DNA of 64,000 nucleotides from Candidatus Doudnabacteria bacterium RIFCSPHIGHO2_01_FULL_46_14 (GTDB lineage Bacteria; Patescibacteriota; Doudnabacteria; UBA920; 2-01-FULL-46-14), in the NCBI GenBank assembly GCA_001779925.1, contig MFEK01000014.1, positions 1,011-65,010 of the forward strand, in the 5' to 3' direction. Below the pieces are notes generated by a model. It was given only the letters and a program-made list of their open reading frames with translations, was not told the DNA's origin and did not search any database. Positions 44,061 to 52,699 of the stretch are shown piece by piece. Position numbers and translations under genes: made by a program. Each line of letters starts with the position of its first letter. Positions within the stretch are counted from its first letter, which is position 1.

Positions 44061-44698
44061 TGAACGAAAAACTTCTGATTGATTTCATTCAGGGGCTAAA
44101 TCTGGACGAGCTGCAAAAAGAAGTCCGCGCGGCATTTCTGATTAAGGCCTGTGATTATCTCGGCGATTTGCAGTATGCGTCAGCCGAAGAATTTCCCGGC
44201 GTGTTTCGCGCTCGGTGCAAGGTTGGATTGGGGTTGAATGGCGCAACTGAGGCAGTCACTGTTTATCGGGAGGGTAGTATTTTTTACGCCCAGTTCGTTC
44301 AACGGCCAAAAGACGATCCAGAATTTCCTGGAGAGCCGTGGCACACTCCTGGTAAAGGCGTGGCCAAAGGAGTGACCACTGCCCAAAGACTGCGGCAGAT
44401 CGCGCTTCCGGATGAATCAGGACTTGTGGCAAGCGAGCCGGAATTCGCCGGCGCAGTGGAGTACATCGGACCCGAGCGCGGAGCTGGAAAGAAACTCCCG
44501 GGTCACTGGATTTCCCTGATCTGGGTCAGGCGCTTGGCTCATCGGCCTGCGGATGGAACGTATCCAGGAGAATTCCACCCAGTCGGCGCGCCTCCGAAGC
44601 CGTGCATCTGGAGCCATAGAATGGCCATATTGCCAGTGGCTGCGAATTACCTGGAGACAGGACGGCCGATATACAAATTCGTGCGGCACGAGGTGTGA
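44060..44698 (+). CDS. Hypothetical protein (212 aa), no recognisable family
   Basis: Translationally coupled to the upstream gene (GAGGAGGtctaATGA overlap). Gly/Pro-rich C-terminal half. Confidence 0.5.
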   Translation: MNEKLLIDFIQGLNLDELQKEVRAAFLIKACDYLGDLQYASAEEFPGVFRARCKVGLGLNGATEAVTVYREGSIFYAQFVQRPKDDPEFPGEPWHTPGKGVAKGVTTAQRLRQIALPDESGLVASEPEFAGAVEYIGPERGAGKKLPGHWISLIWVRRLAHRPADGTYPGEFHPVGAPPKPCIWSHRMAILPVAANYLETGRPIYKFVRHEV

Positions 44699-44793
44699 TC
44701 GCATGGGCGGCAGTGATTTAGGATTGAGGGATGATCCGAATCACTGCTGCTTTTTGTTTGGCTTGAAAAACACGGATTTTTTTTATATACTAC

Positions 44794-45870
44794 ATGCTGG
44801 AACTACAAGGATTATTAACCCAAAAAAATATTAAGGTTTTAGTTACCGGCAATAGAGGATATATAGGTTCCGTGTTTACGGAACTGCTTTTGCAAAAAGG
44901 CCATGAAGTTATCGGATACGATGCGGGATTTTATGACGCGAACGCGCTGGCGGACCTGCCTAAACCAAACCGGCAAATCACCAAAGATATTCGCGACGCT
45001 TCTGCCGAAGATTTCGCCAACATAGAGGCCGTGGTCCATTTGGCGGCACTTTCCAATGATCCACTCGGGGACCTGGCACCTAACCTTACAGAGGAAATAA
45101 ACTTTACAGCCACGGTTCAGTTGGCCAAGCTTGCTTCCGTCGCGGGTATAAAACGATTCATCTACAGCTCGACTACGAGCATCTATGGAATAGCCAATAC
45201 GCAAACCGAGCTTGATGAAGATAGTGAAAAAAAACCGATAACCGTTTATGCCAAGGCTAAATGGGGCGCGGAGCAGGCGCTCCAAAAAATGGGTACAGAG
45301 AGTTTTACCGTGGTGTGTTTGAGGCCGTCCACGGTTTTCGGAGCCAGTCCCAGCATGCGTTGTGATATTGTGCTTAACAATCTGGTGGGTTGGGCTTACA
45401 CTACGGGTAGCATCGAAATCAAAAGCGATGGCACGCCTTGGCGGCCAATGGTGCACGTCCGAGACCTATCCCAGGCTTTTATTGCCGCGCTTGAAGCTCC
45501 TCAAGGATTAGTCGCGGGCGAGGCGTTCAATGTCGGAAGACCAGACGGCAATTTTACTGTTCGGCAGCTGGCAGAGGCGGCCGCGCGCGCGGTACCCGGA
45601 AGCAAACTGTATTTTGCCCAACATCAGGCTTTGGATTCGCGGACGTATCGCCTGAATTTTAAAAAAATCTTGACGGTATTGAAAGATTATTACCAGCCGC
45701 AGTGGGATATTGACCGTGGAGCCCGGGAGCTTGTGGATTTTTTTAAAAAAGTTAATTTTACCGAAGAACAATTTCACGGTCGCGTCTGCAACCGGCTCGC
45801 CCACATTAAATTTCTTATGGAAAACGGCCAGCTCGACGAAAATTTATATCATACAAATGAAGCTTCATAA
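44794..45870 (+). CDS. NAD-dependent NDP-sugar epimerase/dehydratase (extended SDR)
   Basis: KVLVTGNRGYIGSVFTELLLQKGHEVIGYD; YAKAKWGAE (YxxxK). Confidence 0.75.
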   Translation: MLELQGLLTQKNIKVLVTGNRGYIGSVFTELLLQKGHEVIGYDAGFYDANALADLPKPNRQITKDIRDASAEDFANIEAVVHLAALSNDPLGDLAPNLTEEINFTATVQLAKLASVAGIKRFIYSSTTSIYGIANTQTELDEDSEKKPITVYAKAKWGAEQALQKMGTESFTVVCLRPSTVFGASPSMRCDIVLNNLVGWAYTTGSIEIKSDGTPWRPMVHVRDLSQAFIAALEAPQGLVAGEAFNVGRPDGNFTVRQLAEAAARAVPGSKLYFAQHQALDSRTYRLNFKKILTVLKDYYQPQWDIDRGARELVDFFKKVNFTEEQFHGRVCNRLAHIKFLMENGQLDENLYHTNEAS

Positions 45871-46381
45871 AACCAATCTTGAGGGGGTTTATGTCGTCGA
45901 GCTTGAGCCCAAGGAAGACGAGCGCGGATCTTTTACCAGGATCTTTTGTCAAAACGAACTCTCTGGACAGGGGATTTCATTCAACATTGCCCAGTCAAAC
46001 CTGTCTATCAATAAACACAAGGGCATTTTGCGCGGCCTGCATTTTCAAAAACCGCCAAAAGCCGAAGACCGGATCGTGCAGTGTTTGAAAGGCGCGATTT
46101 ATGATGTGGCTCTCGACCTGCGGCCAGATTCGCCGACATACGGAAAATCGTTTGCCGCAGAGCTTTCCGAGTCCAACCCGAAATCAATGTATATCCCGAA
46201 AGGCGTGGCGCACGGCTTTCAAACTCTTGCGGATGACAGCCGCGTTCTTTATTTTATGTCCGAATTTTATTCGCCAGAGCATTATTTCGGAGTTCGGTGG
46301 GATGATCCGGCCCTTGGCCTCGACTGGCCGATAAAAAATCCTATTCTTTCTTCCCAAGATCAAAACTGGCCATATATATGA
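45857..46381 (+). CDS. RmlC-like cupin: NDP-4-dehydro-6-deoxyhexose 3,5-epimerase family
   Basis: ATG at 45857 (MKLHKTNLEGVYVVE...DERGSFTRIF...GILRGLHFQKPP...QCLKGAIYDVALDLR..SPTYGK). The track start at 45710 overlaps the previous gene in another frame. Confidence 0.8.
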   Translation: MKLHKTNLEGVYVVELEPKEDERGSFTRIFCQNELSGQGISFNIAQSNLSINKHKGILRGLHFQKPPKAEDRIVQCLKGAIYDVALDLRPDSPTYGKSFAAELSESNPKSMYIPKGVAHGFQTLADDSRVLYFMSEFYSPEHYFGVRWDDPALGLDWPIKNPILSSQDQNWPYI

Positions 46382-46449
46382 ACCCCGTTAGAAATGTCTG
46401 TAAATTTCAGCGAGCGGTGCATAATTAATAATTAATTTCTAACGGGGTG
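46379..46449 (+). repeat. MITE-like gene-junction element J6 (shortest copy)
   Basis: TGAACCCCGTTAGAAAT-gtctgtaaatttcagcgagcggtgcataattaataatta-ATTTCTAACGGGGTGAAAA. Confidence 0.8.
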
Positions 46450-47325
46450 AAAAAAATATTACTCATCGGCGCCACAGGGCAGCTAGGCAGCGCTATTTTA
46501 TCAGACACTCCCTCTTTTGGACTTGAGGTTGTTTATTTTCCCAAAGCCGAGCTGGACGCGGCCAACAACATTCAAGTAGAAGAAAAAATAAAAGCGACCG
46601 GGCCTGACATTCTCATTAACACTTCAGCCTACCATCTACTGCCGGAATGCGAAGAACATCCTGAGAAAGCCATGGAGGTCAATGTCGCGGCAGTGTACCG
46701 GATGGCCAAGTTGTGCAAGCAGTACGGCGTCACCTTTGTTAATTACTCTACCGATTACGTGTTTGATGGAGAGAAGGGGAGCTTGAACGCGGAAATTGAC
46801 CCGGTTCATCCTTTGCAGATTTATGGCATTTCCAAGGCTGCCGGTGAATTCGCAGTCATGGACGCGCATAAAGAAGGCAGTTTCATTATCCGCACCAGCG
46901 GGCTTTACGGCGGCCGAACAGGCAGCCGCAGCAAAGGCGGAAATTTTGTCTTGAATATCATCAAAGAAGCGCAAGGGAAAGACACGCTCGAGGTGGCCAG
47001 CGAACAGATTGTCAACCCGACCTATGCCGGACATTTAGGCGCCGCCAGCTTGCGGCTGCTTTCGAGCGGAGCCGCGCCCGGAATTTACCATTTGGCGAAC
47101 GAAGGGTATTGCAGTTGGGCGGAATTTGCCACTGAAGCTTTTCGCTTGGCTGGAAAACGGACGCGCGTAATACCGGTTGACCGGGGAGGAAAAAATGGTA
47201 TAATAACGAGACCTAAGTTCTCAGCGCTGGAAAATATCAAGGCAAAAAAACTCGGAATAAAGCTTCCTTCTTGGCAAGAGGGACTCGTTTCCTATTTTAA
47301 TTTTTTAAATTCGCCGACCAAGTAG
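46447..47325 (+). CDS. RmlD-like NDP-4-dehydrorhamnose reductase family
   Basis: MKKILLIGATGQLGSAIL; YGISKAAGE (YxxxK). GTG start from junction element. Confidence 0.8.
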   Translation: MKKILLIGATGQLGSAILSDTPSFGLEVVYFPKAELDAANNIQVEEKIKATGPDILINTSAYHLLPECEEHPEKAMEVNVAAVYRMAKLCKQYGVTFVNYSTDYVFDGEKGSLNAEIDPVHPLQIYGISKAAGEFAVMDAHKEGSFIIRTSGLYGGRTGSRSKGGNFVLNIIKEAQGKDTLEVASEQIVNPTYAGHLGAASLRLLSSGAAPGIYHLANEGYCSWAEFATEAFRLAGKRTRVIPVDRGGKNGIITRPKFSALENIKAKKLGIKLPSWQEGLVSYFNFLNSPTK

Positions 47326-47331
47326 TCAGTA

Positions 47332-48549
47332 ATGAAAAAGCATAATAAAAATTCCATGCTCCGTGTGCCGTATGCGCTCTCCGTGCATGGCCGCGAAGAA
47401 TCTCAGGCTGTTAGCCGGGTTATCGATGAACACCGGACAGCTCTTGGCATAGAAACTCGGTCCTTTGAGAAAGACGTGGCCAGGCTTTTCGGAAAAAAAT
47501 ACGGCATCATGGTCAACTCCGGTTCTTCAGCGAACCTTTTGGCGTTCGAGCTTTTAAATCTGCCTCGCGGTTCAGAGGTGATTACTCCGATTCTTACTTT
47601 CAACACCACGGTCAGCCCGATACTCCAGAAAGGGCTGGTGCCTGTGTTTGTGGACGTCAAGCCGAAAACTTTTCTCGCTGATCTTGACCAGATCGAAAAG
47701 AAAATTACCAAAAAGACCAAGGTTCTGATGATTCCCTCACTGATCGGCAATGTTCCGGATCTGCCGAAGCTCCAGCGGCTCGCGCGCAAGCATAAGCTTT
47801 TTTTGATTGAAGATTCCTGCGACACGCTCGGTGCCACGTTTAAAGGAAAGCCGACAGGCAGGTTTTCTGATATATCGACAACCAGTTTTTATGGGTCGCA
47901 TGTCATAAACGCGGCGGGAGGCGGCGGGATGATTTGCGTAAATGATCCGCGATGGCGGGACCGTTTGCTCATGCTGCGTGGCTGGGGCCGAACCTCCGCG
48001 TTGTTTGCCGATTCGGAAAAATTTTCAGAGAGATTTAAAATGAAGCTTGTTGGCGTTCCTTATGACGGGAAATTTATTTTTTCCGAGGTCGGCTACAATT
48101 TTCTGCCGCTGGAGATCAGCGCGGCTTTCGGACGGGTGCAGCTCAGGAAACTGCCGAAATTTACCAAAATTCGCCAGGGAAATTTTGCCGGTTTGCTGAA
48201 ATATTTCCGCCGTTGGGAGAAATATTTTGAACTGCCGGTGCAGACTCCCGGGACTCGGACCAACTGGATCGCTTTTCCGCTCGTGATCCGGGCCGGCGCG
48301 CCTTTTTCCCGCATCGAGATTGTAAAATTTTTGGAAACGCGTAATATTCAAACCAGGCCGGTTTTTTCCGGGAACATTCTGCGCCAGCCAGCATATGTCA
48401 GGCTCGCGAAATCCAAGGGCCTCGCAAAATTTCCTGTTGCTGACAGGATCATGAGAAACGCGTTCGTGGTCGGTTGTCATCATGGGCTGACGGAGCGCCA
48501 TCTGCGGCGTCTCAAGCATGTATTTGACCAGTTTTTGAAAGCTTTATGA
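47332..48549 (+). CDS. DegT/DnrJ/EryC1/StrS-family PLP-dependent sugar aminotransferase (second copy)
   Basis: YGIMVNSGSSANLLAFE; LIEDSCDTLGATFKGKPTG; VGCHHGLTERHL. Stop TGA is part of J7. Confidence 0.8.
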   Translation: MKKHNKNSMLRVPYALSVHGREESQAVSRVIDEHRTALGIETRSFEKDVARLFGKKYGIMVNSGSSANLLAFELLNLPRGSEVITPILTFNTTVSPILQKGLVPVFVDVKPKTFLADLDQIEKKITKKTKVLMIPSLIGNVPDLPKLQRLARKHKLFLIEDSCDTLGATFKGKPTGRFSDISTTSFYGSHVINAAGGGGMICVNDPRWRDRLLMLRGWGRTSALFADSEKFSERFKMKLVGVPYDGKFIFSEVGYNFLPLEISAAFGRVQLRKLPKFTKIRQGNFAGLLKYFRRWEKYFELPVQTPGTRTNWIAFPLVIRAGAPFSRIEIVKFLETRNIQTRPVFSGNILRQPAYVRLAKSKGLAKFPVADRIMRNAFVVGCHHGLTERHLRRLKHVFDQFLKAL

Positions 48550-48633
48550 ACCCCGCGTTAGAAATTTCCGATTACAACGGTATAACTATAATTATGAAAA
48601 TAATATTAACTCAAAAGGATTTCTAACGGGGTG
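48547..48633 (+). repeat. MITE-like gene-junction element J7
   Basis: TGAACCCCGCGTTAGAAAT ... AAGGATTTCTAACGGGGTGAAAA. Confidence 0.8.
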
Positions 48634-49395
48634 AAAACTATCATACTTTGCGGCGGTAAAGGCACGCGCATGAAAGAGGAGACCGAGTTCAAACCGAAGC
48701 CGCTCGTGGAGATCGGCGGTCGGCCCATTCTCTGGCATATTATGAAAATTTACGCTCATTATGGTTTTCGGGAATTTATCTTGGCCTTGGGATATAAAGG
48801 CGAAATGATCATTGATTATTTCCTGAAGCATAAATATTTGCTGAATGATTTTACGCTTGACACTGGCACGGGCAGTGTGGAGTTTCATGACGAAAATCAT
48901 GACAATTTGAAAATCACTTTTGTGGATACGGGTGCCGAATCTTTGACCGGCGAGCGGATTATGCGCGTAAAGAAATATCTGGACGGCGATCAGTTTATGG
49001 TGACCTACGGCGACGGAGTGAGCGACATTGACATCAAAGCCCTGGTGGATTTTCACAATAAACAGAATAAAATCGGCACGATCTCCGGCGTGCAGCTCCA
49101 GACAAAATACGGATTAATTAATGTTGACGAAACCGGTTTGGTGAAAAATTTTCGCCAAAAACCCCTGCTTTCTGATTACGTCAGCGGGGGGTTTATGGTG
49201 TTTAACAAAAAAGCCTTGGACTATATTAATACGGGTTGGATTGAAAGCTCTTTGGAAAAGCTGGCCGATGAAGGCCAACTCGCCATGCATAAACACGATG
49301 GTTTTTGGAAAGCCGTTGATACCTACAATGAGCTGACGGAGCTCAATAAATTGTGGGAAGATGGCAGACCCTGGGCAGTGTGGGAGAAAAATTAG
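48631..49395 (+). CDS. rfbF: Glucose-1-phosphate cytidylyltransferase
   Basis: MKTIILCGGKGTRMKEETEFKPKPLVEIGGRPILWHIMKIYAHYGFREFILALGYKGEMI, canonical RfbF/DdhA N-terminus. GTG start from junction element. Confidence 0.85.
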   Translation: MKTIILCGGKGTRMKEETEFKPKPLVEIGGRPILWHIMKIYAHYGFREFILALGYKGEMIIDYFLKHKYLLNDFTLDTGTGSVEFHDENHDNLKITFVDTGAESLTGERIMRVKKYLDGDQFMVTYGDGVSDIDIKALVDFHNKQNKIGTISGVQLQTKYGLINVDETGLVKNFRQKPLLSDYVSGGFMVFNKKALDYINTGWIESSLEKLADEGQLAMHKHDGFWKAVDTYNELTELNKLWEDGRPWAVWEKN

Positions 49396-50114
49396 ACAGA
49401 TTTTTTTTTGAGCCAGCGAAACCAGGAACCAAAGATAAAAAACAAGAACAAAAAAGCCCATTTCACCAACTGGTACCAGTGGGCCGTGCCAGTAGATTCG
49501 CCGACGCGCGGGCGATAGGTCACCGGAATCTCCACAAACGGGATGCCTTCCCGGACCACCAGGAGCATCATCTCCAGAGTGAAAATAGCACCGCCTTCCC
49601 GCCATTGGGATTTGACGCGCTCTACCGCTTCGCGCCGCAGCAAGCGATAATTGCAGCCCACGTCTGACAAAGTAGTGGTGTTGAATAGGACCTCGATCAC
49701 TTTGGCTTCCAGCACATTTGCCCATTTTCTCCAGTAGCCCATAGCCGCCCCGGAAAGAATAGTGAAGCGGCTGGTTCTGGTGCCAAACACAACCGGCAAA
49801 TCTTTCCCGAAAACAAGCAGCTTTTCTAAATCACGCGCCGTGTAAGTGGCATCCGGTTCGCAGATAATGATATAGTCGCCTCGGGCGGCGAGCATTCCTG
49901 TTTGCGCAGAATATCCAAAGTGCTGTTTGGGACCGTGAATGATTCGCGCCTTGGTTTTTTTGACTTCTTCTTCAGTGCCTGGTTCGGCACTGTGATGAAC
50001 CACCAACACTTCGTCCACAAAACCGGTGGCAAAAAACTCTTCGATAACGCCGCGGATTGAATTTTTTTCTCGATAAGTCGGAAGAATAACAGAGACCATT
50101 TTTCCATGATACAT
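49392..50114 (-). CDS. GT2 glycosyltransferase (DPM1-like polyprenol-phosphate glycosyltransferase), no TM tail
   Basis: VSVILPTYREKNSI; DEVLVVHHSAEPGT; convergent with rfbF (4-bp overlap). Confidence 0.75.
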   Translation of the reverse strand: MYHGKMVSVILPTYREKNSIRGVIEEFFATGFVDEVLVVHHSAEPGTEEEVKKTKARIIHGPKQHFGYSAQTGMLAARGDYIIICEPDATYTARDLEKLLVFGKDLPVVFGTRTSRFTILSGAAMGYWRKWANVLEAKVIEVLFNTTTLSDVGCNYRLLRREAVERVKSQWREGGAIFTLEMMLLVVREGIPFVEIPVTYRPRVGESTGTAHWYQLVKWAFLFLFFIFGSWFRWLKKKSV

Positions 50115-50158
50115 ACCAGGCAGTATACAATATTTTTTATTTTTGCGATAATTAAGCC

Positions 50159-50632
50159 ATGTCTAAACATAAGCGGCTGGAAAATCTGGCGCGGGAATTG
50201 ACCGGCATCGCGCGGCCAAAGCAGGATGTCCCCCAGCTGATTTTTGACGCTCTTACGACCTTTATGCCAATGGTCGCCGTGGAGATAGTGGTTGTAAACA
50301 GGAGGGGCGAGATGCTTCTAATTTGGAGAGAGGATCGATATTGGCACGGCTGGCATTTTCCAGGAGGGTTGCTGCGGTTTGGCGAGAGTTTTGAAGAACG
50401 CCTGCAAAAGACAGCCCAGCACGAGCTTGGGGTAAAGATCAAAAGCCATAGATTTTTAATGCCGAAAAACTATGGTCGGCATGAGCGCGGCCATGATGTT
50501 TCTCTGATTTATGTGTGCGAGTTGGCCGGTCCTCCCAAACACGGCAAATTTTTCAAAACCATGCCGCGTGAAATCATCACGGTTCATAAATCTCTGTGGC
50601 AGGAGGTTCGAAAAAATATTTCTAAAAAATAG
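50159..50632 (+). CDS. NUDIX hydrolase
   Basis: GWHFPGGLLRFGESFEERLQKTAQHELGV fits the Nudix box G.{5}E.{7}REuxEExGu. Confidence 0.65.
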   Translation: MSKHKRLENLARELTGIARPKQDVPQLIFDALTTFMPMVAVEIVVVNRRGEMLLIWREDRYWHGWHFPGGLLRFGESFEERLQKTAQHELGVKIKSHRFLMPKNYGRHERGHDVSLIYVCELAGPPKHGKFFKTMPREIITVHKSLWQEVRKNISKK

Positions 50633-52693
50633 ATGAAATATTTATTCGAAAAACTTGCCAGCATTAACCGATACGGACTGGTAATCCCAGGCATTGCCCT
50701 GGCTACAGTTGTTTATTATCAGTTCGCTTATTTTGTTTTCATCTATACTAACGCTCAAGCACATCGGATCGTGCCTGATTTTTTTGATTTTACGCAAATG
50801 GTGTTCCTACCGGAGCCATACGAGACTATCGGCTATTTTTTGGGCTTTTTGATTATCCCATTTCTGGGATTGCTTACTGCCTCCTTGTTTAATTTTTTGG
50901 TAGATAAAAACTATATTAGGCGCGAATTTGTGCAAAAATGGCCGATTGCCCTAGTAGTTTGCGCTTTGGCTTTTCTGTCGTACAAAATCGCGCTGCACCT
51001 ATTGTGGTTTGATGTATGGCATGAAACCGAACCGCCCGGAGACTTGAAACTGCAATTAATGCTGCTTTCTAGCATGGGCATCGGCCTGCTTCTCTACTGG
51101 CGAAGTTTTGATATCTCCCGACTCTTCGCCTGGGCAGAGAAACTGCCATGGGGGAAAATCCGTCCGATTTTATTTTTGTTTCTCGCCTTGCTTCTACTCT
51201 CGCCGAATTTCCCTTTTGATTACCATCACTACACTGACCAGATTGCTCCGGCCAATGATTTGCTCCACAGTAAGCAGTTTCTGAACCGCGATGGAACCTA
51301 CAGCCATTATGGTTTGCTGAATACATATTTTTGGTATGCTTTATTTAGCTTTGTTCCGATTTCTTATCAGGCAGCGTCTTTGGCGGTAATGCTCGCGGCA
51401 GTTGCTTGGTTTTTTGCCTGGTATTTTATTTTTCGTAACTGGCTGAAATCTGAAGCCATTGCCGCGCTCGCGACTCTGGTTATGATTGTTTTTTTCACTG
51501 TGCCCAAACTCGAGTTTGATTCGATTTATGGAGCGCCTTCCGCTACGCCGTTCCATCAGTTAGGGTTTTTGGTGGTGGCTTTGCTGTGGCTTAGATTTGC
51601 ACTGCAAAGTCAGAGTATCCGCACCGTGAATCTGATTTTAATGAGTACTGCTGTTGCCGCATTTTGGTACGTGGATACAGGTTTGTATGTGGTGGCTAGT
51701 ACGCTCGGCGTGTTTGCGTTTTGGAATTTTTTTTCTGATGGGCCGCTTGCACGCAGGATAAAAGATTTTTTGTGGATAGCAGTCAAACTAGTTTTAATGA
51801 TTTGCGGCCTGGTTGCTGCCTATTCTGTGTGGCAATTTTTTCGGTTCGGCGCGTGGCCAGATTGGCCACTTTTGTATTTTCCAGCGCTCGTTTATCAGAG
51901 CGGCTACATGATGGTGCCGCTGCCAAGCTATGGGTTTTATTTAGTTTTTATTTTTATCTTTTTAGTTTCCTTGGGTTATTTGCTTTGGAAAGCCTACAGG
52001 GAAAGCGAAAAGCTGCCAGAACTTGTCTTTCCTTTATTTTTGACACTGTTTGGGGTTTTGCAAATGCTTTATTACATCACCCGTTCGCATACCACCAACC
52101 TTGCCCCGCGCGTCTCGTTTTTTTTGGTGGCCATTATTGCTTGGTGGTGGACACTTCTAAAAAATGATCGTGAAACAAAGCGCAATATTTATGTGGCTTT
52201 TTCCAGCGTCCTAGCTGGTATACTCATCTTTGTGGCCCTTGCTGGCGCCTACAAATTTCGGAACGCTTTTTCCAGCCGCAATTATAACATAGCCGGCAAT
52301 TATAGGTCAGAATTTGTGGGTCGTGCGGATGTTTATGGCGGTAACGCAGATATTCTCGAGGATATCGCGATTCTAAAGAGCGACTACAATTCGATTGAGC
52401 GGCCCGCGGTTTTCCACTGGTGGGATTCAAAAATATTTATAGATTTAGAGAAGACCAATCATCTGCCGATTTTTTTGTTTCAATCAATCCTCTTAAAATC
52501 AGAGGTAGACCCGATAGTGGCAAAGATTCGAGAGGATAAGCCGCAGTATGTATTTATTGCCCGTAAAGATGTGCCCGCTGTATACGGTTTTGAAGTGTTT
52601 TTTGATAAATTGGATTATTTTTATGATGGCATCAAGGATCTATATATTGTTGATCGGCAGTTGAAAACTATGAATGTTTTGAAATTAAAATAA
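50633..52693 (+). CDS. Large polytopic membrane protein with C-terminal soluble domain (putative polysaccharide polymerase / GT-C-like)
   Basis: 686 aa, more than 12 hydrophobic helices, hydrophilic tail of about 160 aa. No confident family. Confidence 0.4.
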   Translation: MKYLFEKLASINRYGLVIPGIALATVVYYQFAYFVFIYTNAQAHRIVPDFFDFTQMVFLPEPYETIGYFLGFLIIPFLGLLTASLFNFLVDKNYIRREFVQKWPIALVVCALAFLSYKIALHLLWFDVWHETEPPGDLKLQLMLLSSMGIGLLLYWRSFDISRLFAWAEKLPWGKIRPILFLFLALLLLSPNFPFDYHHYTDQIAPANDLLHSKQFLNRDGTYSHYGLLNTYFWYALFSFVPISYQAASLAVMLAAVAWFFAWYFIFRNWLKSEAIAALATLVMIVFFTVPKLEFDSIYGAPSATPFHQLGFLVVALLWLRFALQSQSIRTVNLILMSTAVAAFWYVDTGLYVVASTLGVFAFWNFFSDGPLARRIKDFLWIAVKLVLMICGLVAAYSVWQFFRFGAWPDWPLLYFPALVYQSGYMMVPLPSYGFYLVFIFIFLVSLGYLLWKAYRESEKLPELVFPLFLTLFGVLQMLYYITRSHTTNLAPRVSFFLVAIIAWWWTLLKNDRETKRNIYVAFSSVLAGILIFVALAGAYKFRNAFSSRNYNIAGNYRSEFVGRADVYGGNADILEDIAILKSDYNSIERPAVFHWWDSKIFIDLEKTNHLPIFLFQSILLKSEVDPIVAKIREDKPQYVFIARKDVPAVYGFEVFFDKLDYFYDGIKDLYIVDRQLKTMNVLKLK

Positions 52694-52699
52694 TCTGAT

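Noticed and set aside
12721-48633. Junction elements as integron attC sites / gene cassettes (GTTAGAA and TCTAAC resemble GTTRRRY / RYYYAAC core sites)
   Set aside because: Polarity is reversed relative to attC: the GTT core is at the 5' end and the AAC inverse core at the 3' end. No integrase or attI is present in the window. Arms are a perfect 14-bp TIR rather than the imperfect R/L boxes with extrahelical bases. The elements are kept as MITE-like junction elements instead.
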